DNA from: Phycisphaera mikurensis NBRC 102666
GTDB lineage: Bacteria; Planctomycetota; Phycisphaerae; Phycisphaerales; Phycisphaeraceae
DNA length: 32,000 bases
Assembly: GCF_000284115.1 (NCBI RefSeq)
Contig: NC_017080.1
Location: 3,660,001 to 3,692,000 of the forward strand
Direction: 5' to 3'
The notes beneath the pieces are model-generated. The model was not told the DNA's origin. It did no database searches and saw nothing but the letters and a program-made list of their open reading frames with translations. The position numbers and the translations under genes were made by a program. Every line of letters begins with the position of its first letter. The first letter of the stretch is position 1. Shown here one piece after another: positions 25,884 through 32,000 of this stretch.

Positions 25884-26509
25884 AGCGGCCGCCCCGCCTC
25901 CTCGGCCCGCTCGCCGCCGCTTCGGCGCTCGCCGCCGCGCTGCTTGGCGGCTGCGCCTCGCCGTCGTCGCTGGTCGTCCGCGGGCAGGCCACGCCCGGCG
26001 GGCCGCCGGTCGAGCTCGTCGGCGACTTCGACACCGCGTGGTACCGCACCGACGACCCCAACCAGGCCACCTTCGTGCTGCTCGACGGCCCGCCCGAGCG
26101 GCCGCGGCAGGCCGCCGTCATCGAGCTGTTCTGGCGGCCCCGCTCCGGGCTCACGCCCGTCGAGCCCGCCGCCACGAACATGACGGTGACGCACCTGGTG
26201 TTCGCCCAGCGGTCGGCGGAGCTGGGGCCCGGCGTGGACGCCGGCGACCGCGGCGAGCTGGGCGTGTACGCCGGCGCGGGCTTCCTCTTCCCCCGCAAGC
26301 CCCTCGGCGGGCGCACCCTCGTCGCCGGGGTGTGGGACGCGAGCCTCCGCCTGGAGACCCGCTCCGAGGGCTTCGTCGACCTGCTGGGCCTCGCCCGCAT
26401 GACCGGGACCTTCACCGCGACCCGCGACGAGGGGAGGGTCGACGAGCTGCTCCGCGAACTCTCCCTGGAGACGCGTGACCGCCTGGGCTTCCCCCGCCCG
26501 CTCCGGTAG
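25880..26509 (+). CDS. lipoprotein of unknown function
   Basis: The GTG 25880 start overlaps the amidohydrolase stop (GTGA). VKRPPRLLGPLAAASALAAALLGGC is a signal peptide plus lipobox. 209 aa, no family recognised. Confidence 0.55.
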   Translation: MKRPPRLLGPLAAASALAAALLGGCASPSSLVVRGQATPGGPPVELVGDFDTAWYRTDDPNQATFVLLDGPPERPRQAAVIELFWRPRSGLTPVEPAATNMTVTHLVFAQRSAELGPGVDAGDRGELGVYAGAGFLFPRKPLGGRTLVAGVWDASLRLETRSEGFVDLLGLARMTGTFTATRDEGRVDELLRELSLETRDRLGFPRPLR

Positions 26510-26551
26510 CCGCGCCCGCGGGTCCGGGAGGTCCACCGGGAAGCGGCCCGC

Positions 26552-27364
26552 TCAGCCGCGCTGCTCCCGCGGGCAGAGGTAGACGCTCCTGCCCGCCTGC
26601 TTGATCTCCTCGACCGGGCCGCCGCACCCGCGGCAGGCCTCGCGGCGGTAGACCCAGAAACGCTCATCGGCGTCGAGCTCCCGCCACCCCCTTTTGCCCA
26701 CCGCCTCGGGCTCGACGCACAGGATGTGGCGGTGTCGCACGCCGACCTTCAGCAGGTACACCGCGTCGTCGTACATCGCGTCGAACACCGCCGGGTCGAC
26801 CCGCCTGCCCGGCGTCCGCGGGTCCAGCCGCGCCCGGTACAGCAGCTCCGCCCGGTAGGCGTTGCCGATGCCGCTGGTGATCCGCTGGTCCATCAGCGCC
26901 ACCCCGATCGGCGTGACGCTGCCGAGCATCCGCTCGCGGACGGCGTCCCGCGACGCCGCCGCCGCGGGCCCGAGCAGGTCGACGCCGATCCGCTTTCGGA
27001 TGGCCGCGACCTCGTCCGCCTCCAGCAGCTCGCAGGCCGTGGGCCCGGTGAGGTCGACGCCCACGCGGGAGCCCGGCGCCGTCAGCCGCCAACGCACCGC
27101 CGGCGTGGGCTCGGGCCAGCCGCCCGACGCGCGACGGATCTTCTTGAAGCGTCCGTACATGCCCAGGTGCACGTGCACGACGCCGGGCCGGTAGTGGTAG
27201 AAGAGGTGCTTGCCCAGCGGCTCCACCCGCTGCAGCTTGCAGCCGTCGATCACCGAGGCGTCCTCCGCGAAGCGGCCCTGGGGCGAGCTCGACGCGGTCC
27301 GCTTGCCGCTTAGAAGCAGGTTCTGGAAGCGGGCGTGGCGGTGGATCGTGTGTCCCTCGGGCAT
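26552..27364 (-). CDS. nei: Fpg/Nei-family DNA glycosylase/AP lyase (endonuclease VIII, Nei2-like)
   Basis: N-terminal MPEGHTIHRH (catalytic Pro2/Glu3), H2TH GIGNAYRAELLYRARL, and a C-terminal zinc finger CRGCGGPV...YLCP. Confidence 0.9.
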   Translation of the reverse strand: MPEGHTIHRHARFQNLLLSGKRTASSSPQGRFAEDASVIDGCKLQRVEPLGKHLFYHYRPGVVHVHLGMYGRFKKIRRASGGWPEPTPAVRWRLTAPGSRVGVDLTGPTACELLEADEVAAIRKRIGVDLLGPAAAASRDAVRERMLGSVTPIGVALMDQRITSGIGNAYRAELLYRARLDPRTPGRRVDPAVFDAMYDDAVYLLKVGVRHRHILCVEPEAVGKRGWRELDADERFWVYRREACRGCGGPVEEIKQAGRSVYLCPREQRG

Positions 27365-27443
27365 GGCGGGGCGACCCTACGGAGCAGCCGGGTGCCGTTC
27401 CAAGACCGGGCCTCCGGCGGAGCGGCGCCACGTACGCTCGGGC

Positions 27444-28724
27444 GTGCCCGCCCTCGCCCCCCCGACCTCCACCGCCTTCGACGTCGACGCGCTGCGGGCT
27501 TGCTTCCCGATCCTCACCCGCGAGGTGCACGGCAAGCCGCTGGTCTACCTCGACAACGCCGCCTCAGCGCAGAAGCCCGACGCCGTCATCGACGCCGTCT
27601 CGGAGTACTACCGCCAGCACCACGCCAACGTCCACCGCGGCCTGCACGTGCTCGCCGAAGAGGCGACGGCGCTCTACGAGGGCGCGCGTTCCGCCTTCGC
27701 CCGCTTCATCAACGCGGGCACGCCGCAGGAGTGCGTCTTCGTCCGCGGGGCCACCGAGGCGATCAACCTCGTCGCCGGCTCGATGACGCGGCCGGGCCAT
27801 GCGCTCTCGCTGCGGCCCGGCGACAGAGTGCTGCTGACCGGGATGGAGCACCACTCCAACATCGTGCCGTGGCAGCTGGCCTGCGAGGCGACCGGGGCCG
27901 AGATCGTCGTCGCCGGCGTGCTCGACGACGGCTCGCTCGACGCCGACGCGTTCCAAGCGCACCTGGACGCGGGCGGCGTGAAGATCGCGAGCTTCGTGTG
28001 GGTGAGCAACGCGCTGGGCACGGTCAACCCGGCGAAGGCGCTGACCGCCGCGGCGCAGGCCGCCGGCGCCGCCGTGCTCGTCGACGCGTGCCAAGCCGCC
28101 CCGCACCTGAAGATGGACGTGGCCGACCTCGGCTGCGACTTCCTCGCGGTGTCCGGCCACAAGATGTTCGGGCCCACCGGCATCGGCGTGCTCTACGGCC
28201 GGGCGGAGCGGCTGGCCGCCATGCCGCCCTACCAGGGCGGCGGCGAGATGATCCAGCGGGTGAGCTTCGAGAAGAGCACCTACGCCGACCCGCCGCACCG
28301 CTTCGAGGCCGGGACGCCGAACATGGCCGGGGCCGCGGGCTTGGGCGCCGCGGTGCGATTCATGGAGGACGAGCTCGTCAGCGATCCTCTGGTCTGGGAA
28401 GCCGCGCAGGCGCACGAGCACGCGCTGCTGGAGCGGGCGACGCGGCGGCTCGAAGCGATCGAGGGGCTCCGCATCCTCGGCACCGCGCCGGGCAAGGCCG
28501 CGGTCGTCTCGTTCCTCGTCGACGGCGTCCACCCCTACGACCTGGGCCCGGTGCTGGACCGCGCGGGCGTCGCGATCCGGACCGGCCACCACTGCACCGA
28601 GCCGCTGATGGCCCGCTTCGGCGTGCCGGCCACGGCCCGGGCCAGCTTCGCCTTCTACAACACGCTGGACGAGGCCGACGCCTTCGCCGACGCCCTGGAG
28701 CGTGGGCTCCGCTTCTTCCGCTGA
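27444..28724 (+). CDS. sufS: cysteine desulfurase, SufS/CsdA type (class V aminotransferase group II)
   Basis: FPILTREVHGKPLVYLDNAASAQKP, the PLP lysine SGHKMFGPTGIGVLYG, and the active-site region RTGHHCTEPLM. GTG 27444 is preferred. The alternative ATG 27363 would overlap the divergent nei start and adds codons with poor usage. Confidence 0.88.
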   Translation: MPALAPPTSTAFDVDALRACFPILTREVHGKPLVYLDNAASAQKPDAVIDAVSEYYRQHHANVHRGLHVLAEEATALYEGARSAFARFINAGTPQECVFVRGATEAINLVAGSMTRPGHALSLRPGDRVLLTGMEHHSNIVPWQLACEATGAEIVVAGVLDDGSLDADAFQAHLDAGGVKIASFVWVSNALGTVNPAKALTAAAQAAGAAVLVDACQAAPHLKMDVADLGCDFLAVSGHKMFGPTGIGVLYGRAERLAAMPPYQGGGEMIQRVSFEKSTYADPPHRFEAGTPNMAGAAGLGAAVRFMEDELVSDPLVWEAAQAHEHALLERATRRLEAIEGLRILGTAPGKAAVVSFLVDGVHPYDLGPVLDRAGVAIRTGHHCTEPLMARFGVPATARASFAFYNTLDEADAFADALERGLRFFR

Positions 28725-28730
28725 GGCGTC

Positions 28731-28776
28731 CCGCGGACCGCGAGCCGGTCACGGCGGGAACGCCGGCGGTCCGCGG
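28731..28776. repeat. 46-nt conserved-arm hairpin element, copy 5 (11-bp arms)
   Basis: CCGCGGACCGC at 28731-28741 and GCGGTCCGCGG at 28766-28776. The element lies 6 nt after the sufS stop and 19 nt before the next ATG (28796). Confidence 0.85.
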
Positions 28777-28795
28777 CTCCGTACGCTCGCCGCCC

Positions 28796-29458
28796 ATGCC
28801 ACGCTTCGACCTCGCGCTCTTCGACCTCGACGGGACGCTCATCAACTCGCTGCCCGACATCACCGCCGCGGGCAACCACGCGATGCGGACCGTCGGCCGG
28901 CCGGAGATCACCGAGCAGCAGTGCCGCTTCTACGCGGGCCAGGGCCTGCCCAACTTCATCATCACGGCGCTGGGGCCGGATCACCAGGACCTCTACGACG
29001 CCGCGCTCGCCGCGCACCTGGGCTACTACCGGGACCACGGCGGCACGCTGACCCGCGTGTTCCCCGGGGTGGACGGCCTGCTCGACCGGCTCAAGGAGGC
29101 CGGGCTGAAGCGGGCCATCCTCTCGAACAAGCCCCACGCCGCGACGCTCGGCGACGCGGAGCGGCTGCTGGGGCGGCACGCCTTTGACGCGGTGATCGGC
29201 CACCGCGACGGGTACGAGGTGAAGCCCGACACGAGGAGCGCCACCGAGATCATCGAGCGGCTGGGCGTGGAGCCGGACCGGGTCGCATACGTGGGCGACA
29301 CGGCGGCGGACATGCTCACGGCGAAGCGGAGCGGCTTCTACGCCGTGGGCGTGACGTACGGCTTCCGCGAGCGGGCGGAGCTGGAGGAGCACGGCGCGGA
29401 CGCCATCGTCGACGACGCGGCGGGGGTGGGGGACGCGATCCTCGGGACCGACCGGTAG
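28796..29458 (+). CDS. HAD-IA hydrolase, phosphoglycolate phosphatase-like
   Basis: MPRFDLALFDLDGTLINS (motif I), ILSNK (motif II), and K...YVGDTAADMLTAKRSG (motifs III/IV). 220 aa. Confidence 0.85.
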   Translation: MPRFDLALFDLDGTLINSLPDITAAGNHAMRTVGRPEITEQQCRFYAGQGLPNFIITALGPDHQDLYDAALAAHLGYYRDHGGTLTRVFPGVDGLLDRLKEAGLKRAILSNKPHAATLGDAERLLGRHAFDAVIGHRDGYEVKPDTRSATEIIERLGVEPDRVAYVGDTAADMLTAKRSGFYAVGVTYGFRERAELEEHGADAIVDDAAGVGDAILGTDR

Positions 29459-29478
29459 CGCCTCGCACCCGAACCACG

Positions 29479-29507
29479 GGCGGGAGCCGCGAGCGGGAGC
29501 TCCCGCC
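29479..29507. terminator. GC hairpin between convergent genes (possible bidirectional terminator)
   Basis: GGCGGGAGC at 29479-29487 pairs with GCTCCCGCC at 29499-29507 (9 bp). It is followed by TTG only, with no U-tract. Confidence 0.4.
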
Positions 29508-29533
29508 TTGCCTCCGGCGGGCCGGGGTCCGGC

Positions 29534-30952
29534 CTATCCGTCGAGCAGCCAGGCCCGCAGCGCCCGCACCGACGCGGCGGCCGCGGCGTCGTCCTCCGGC
29601 CGCTTGAGCACCGGCTTGAGCGCCGCGGCCACGGCGGCGCGGTCGGCCCGGCTCCAGGCCTCGCCCGCCTCGGGGGCGGCGGGCACCACCAGGGCGTCGC
29701 GGCGGGCGTGGGTGCGCTGCCGGACGACGGCGAGGTGCAGCTTGGCGCGGCCGAGCAGGACGAAGGCGAGGTTCACGTTGTTGCTGGGACCCACGCGGGC
29801 GAGGCGGCCGCCGAGGTCCTGGCCGAGCACCTTCATCTTCGCCGCCTGGGTGGCGCCGGCCCAGGCGGTGGCCCCGCCGATGAGGGCGCCGGCGCCCGCG
29901 ACCAGGCCCATCGAGAGCCCGGCGAAGTGCAAATCGGCGAGGGCGCCCACGCCGCCGCCGAGGATCGCCCCGGTGGCGGCGAGCTGCGCCGGCGTGGCGC
30001 CGAAGCGGCTCCACGAGCCCTCGGCGAAGAGGTCCTCACCGGTGACGCCGGCCTCGTCCATCGCGGGCTCCTCGCGCTCGACGCGGACGAAGTCGTAGAG
30101 GTCCTCGACGGCGTCGCGGCTGCGGGCCTCCAGCGCGCGGACGCCGTCGGCGTAGCGCCGCATCAGCTCGTCCTTGGCCGCGGCGGGGTCGCCGGTGGGC
30201 GGGAGGCGCTTCTCGGCGGAGAAGCGCATCGCGGCGACCACGGCGCGGGCGATGACGCCGCAGGCGTCCTCCCGGCGTCCCGTCGCGTCGCGCTCGAGCA
30301 CCTCCACGGCCCGGTCCAGCGGCGCCCGCCAGGCCTCCCGCATCTGGCCGAAGGCCCGGAGCAGGTCCAGCCGCTTCGCGTGGTCGGCGGTGAGCGGGTC
30401 GAAGACGCGCACGATGCGGAAGTACTGGCCGAGGGCACGCTCCCAGGCTTCGGCGTGGGCGGCCTCGCCCCCCTGGGCCTCGGACAAGAACGGGTTGATC
30501 AGGCCCAAGGAGGGGGCCCCCGTCCACCGCAGCACCTCCATCTCCGCCTCGTACTCCGGCCCGTAGGGCGCCGAGCCATCGACGACGTAGAGGATCCCCG
30601 CCGGCTCGCCGCCACGCTCCCCCATCACCGCCCCGAGCAGCGCGTGCTCGTCGGGGTACCGGCCCGCCGTGGCCGGATCGCCGAGGAAGGCCCGCACGGC
30701 GGCGGGCCGCTCCTCGGCGTTCTCCGCCCGGGCTTGGAGGTCCTCGAGCACGCGGCGGCTGCGCTGGAACCCGGGGGTGTCCACCAGCTCGTAGAGCACC
30801 TCGCCGTCGACCGACATCGGGTACGCGTCGGCCGCGGTGGTGGTGCCCGGCGTGGGCGACACCGCGACGCGGTCGTCGCGGGCGAGGGTCGCGACGATCG
30901 AGGACTTGCCCTTGTTGGGGTGGCCGACGACGGCGAAGCGGGGGACGCTCAT
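29534..30952 (-). CDS. GTPase / DUF3482 domain protein
   Basis: ATG 30952 gives MSVPRFAVVGHPNKGKSSIVATL (P-loop), then DTPGF (G3). The C-terminal Gly-zipper hydrophobic segment GAILGGGVGALADLHFAGLSMGLVAGAGALIGGATAWAG is as I recall for GTPase/DUF3482 proteins. Confidence 0.7.
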   Translation of the reverse strand: MSVPRFAVVGHPNKGKSSIVATLARDDRVAVSPTPGTTTAADAYPMSVDGEVLYELVDTPGFQRSRRVLEDLQARAENAEERPAAVRAFLGDPATAGRYPDEHALLGAVMGERGGEPAGILYVVDGSAPYGPEYEAEMEVLRWTGAPSLGLINPFLSEAQGGEAAHAEAWERALGQYFRIVRVFDPLTADHAKRLDLLRAFGQMREAWRAPLDRAVEVLERDATGRREDACGVIARAVVAAMRFSAEKRLPPTGDPAAAKDELMRRYADGVRALEARSRDAVEDLYDFVRVEREEPAMDEAGVTGEDLFAEGSWSRFGATPAQLAATGAILGGGVGALADLHFAGLSMGLVAGAGALIGGATAWAGATQAAKMKVLGQDLGGRLARVGPSNNVNLAFVLLGRAKLHLAVVRQRTHARRDALVVPAAPEAGEAWSRADRAAVAAALKPVLKRPEDDAAAAASVRALRAWLLDG

Positions 30953-31046
30953 CGCGGCTCTGCCTTGGGATTTTGCGACGGGGGAAGCGGCACGCGGCGA
31001 GTGTGCGCTAGCCTCGGCGGTTCCGCAAAACCCCGGCCCCGACGAC

Positions 31047-31904
31047 ATGGCACCGCAGGAAGAGATCCAGAAGCTCAAGCAGGAACTCGCCGAGGCGGAG
31101 GCCGCCCGGGCCGAGGTGGAGGCCCGCGACGCGAAGCTCCAGCGGGAGGTCGGGCAGATCGCGCGGATCCACCAGGCGCTGCTGCCCGACCAGATGCCCG
31201 ACGTCGCGGGCGTGCGGCTGGCGGTGCGGCACGCGGCGCCCAACCGGGCCGGCGGCGACTACTACGACGTCATCCCGCTCCAACGCGACGAGGCGCTCTC
31301 GGCCGAGGCCTCCGACCCCTGGCTGCTGATCATCGCCGACGCCTCGGGGCACGGGCCCGCCGCCGCGGTCATCATGGCGATGATCCAGGCGGTGCTGCAC
31401 GGGTACCGCGGCGACGCGCGGGGCCCGGGCCCGGTGATGAGCTTCGTGAACGCGGAGATGGTGAAGAAAGCCGTCCCCGGCTCCTTCACCACCGCCGTGC
31501 TCGGGCTGCTGGACCCGCGGAAGAGCACCTTCAGCTACGCGATCGCCGGGCACCACCCGCCGCTGCTGCGGCGCGAAGGGGAGCCGGTTGTCGAGCTGCC
31601 CTCCGAGGAGGCGGGCCTCCCGCTGGGCGTGGCCGAGGACGAGGGCGCCGGCCGGCACGAGATCCACCCGCTGCGGCCCGGCGACGCCGTGCTGCTCTAC
31701 ACCGACGGAGCGATCGAGACGCGCAACCCCGCGGGCGAGCAGTTCGGGCTCGGGCGTCTCAAGGCGGCGCTGGAAGCCGCCGCCGGCACACCCGATCAGC
31801 AGCTCGACGCGGTGGTGGGCGCGATCGACGCGCACCGGGCGGGCGGGCCGATGGAGGACGACCGCACGCTGCTGATGTTCCAGGCGGAGGCCACGGAGCC
31901 GTAG
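31047..31904 (+). CDS. PP2C-family (SpoIIE/RsbU-type) serine phosphatase with N-terminal coiled coil
   Basis: IHQALLP...GGDYYDVIP, LLIIADASGHGPAAAVIMA, LLYTDGAIE and DDRTLLMF are canonical SpoIIE-domain motifs. The N-terminal EEIQKLKQELAEAEAARAEVEARDAKLQ is a coiled coil. Confidence 0.85.
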   Translation: MAPQEEIQKLKQELAEAEAARAEVEARDAKLQREVGQIARIHQALLPDQMPDVAGVRLAVRHAAPNRAGGDYYDVIPLQRDEALSAEASDPWLLIIADASGHGPAAAVIMAMIQAVLHGYRGDARGPGPVMSFVNAEMVKKAVPGSFTTAVLGLLDPRKSTFSYAIAGHHPPLLRREGEPVVELPSEEAGLPLGVAEDEGAGRHEIHPLRPGDAVLLYTDGAIETRNPAGEQFGLGRLKAALEAAAGTPDQQLDAVVGAIDAHRAGGPMEDDRTLLMFQAEATEP

Positions 31905-31928
31905 GCCGGGGCGGTGGCCCCGGCCTAC
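31901..31928. terminator. 12-bp/4-nt-loop hairpin shared by convergent genes; both stop codons lie in the arms
   Basis: GTAGGCCGGGGC-GGTG-GCCCCGGCCTAC. TAG of the + gene lies at 31902-31904 and TAG of the - gene at 31925-31927. Confidence 0.55.
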
Positions 31929-32000
31929 GGGAGGTCGGCGGGCGCGGGCGGGTCCAGGCGGGTCCAGGGGTCGCCGGCGGCGGCGAGGCGGCCGGCCCAG
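31925..32000 (-). CDS. 3' end (about 24 codons) of an unidentified convergent gene entering from the right edge
   Basis: The minus-strand frame reads WAGRLAAAGDPWTRLDPPAPADLP-stop, and every codon ends in G or C. It is too short to identify. Confidence 0.35.
   Translation of the reverse strand, partial: WAGRLAAAGDPWTRLDPPAPADLP

Noticed and set aside
27363-27443. Longer ATG-initiated versions of several genes: sufS from 27363, mntR from 5844, the HAD hydrolase from 11326, feoA from 15817 and ACP-DH from 4046.
   Set aside because: The added codons are enriched in A/T-ending rare codons (CGA, GGA, GCA, TTA, AGG). They remove all intergenic space for divergent promoters (the sufS version overlaps the nei start) and add no conserved sequence.

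Overview
Very GC-rich (roughly 70-75% by eye) bacterial chromosomal segment with about 31 protein-coding genes. I found no rRNA, tRNA, CRISPR array, transposase or integrase. Layout: (1) 1-5.8 kb is the tail of an aryl-polyene/xanthomonadin-type lipid-pigment cluster: a KS fused in frame to a second KS-like domain, an LpxL-type acyltransferase, a LolA-like carrier, an ACP::dehydratase fusion, a GT2, and a divergent FkbO/XanB2-type chorismatase. (2) 5.9-15.7 kb is a metal-homeostasis block: mntR, a 4-gene Mn/Fe ABC importer, a Cys-rich SO_0444-like permease, and feoAB followed by a WrbA/flavodoxin-like gene, interrupted by a HAD hydrolase and a small lipoprotein. (3) 16.1-24.3 kb holds a CMP-sugar-type cytidylyltransferase, an unexplained 442-bp structured spacer, and a five-gene minus-strand chain (scpB, lipoprotein, DUF58, TgpA-like transglutaminase, VanZ::MurJ fusion) in which every junction is a 4-nt stop/start overlap, three of them TTGA. 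(4) 24.4-32 kb holds gcvH, an amidohydrolase plus lipoprotein, nei, sufS, a HAD phosphatase, a GTPase/DUF3482 protein and a PP2C phosphatase. The most notable signal outside the genes is five copies of a fixed-geometry 46-nt hairpin, CCGCGGACCG-N26-CGGTCCGCGG. Four copies sit in short spacers next to gene ends, and one is embedded in the linker that fuses the two KS domains. Many long Arg/Pro/Ala-rich ORFs in the supplied track are GC-driven shadow ORFs and were not called. Several true starts are internal to, or differ from, the ATG-anchored track ORFs (GTG/TTG starts), so start coordinates are inferences. All functional calls rest on motifs I recognise by eye, not on database searches.
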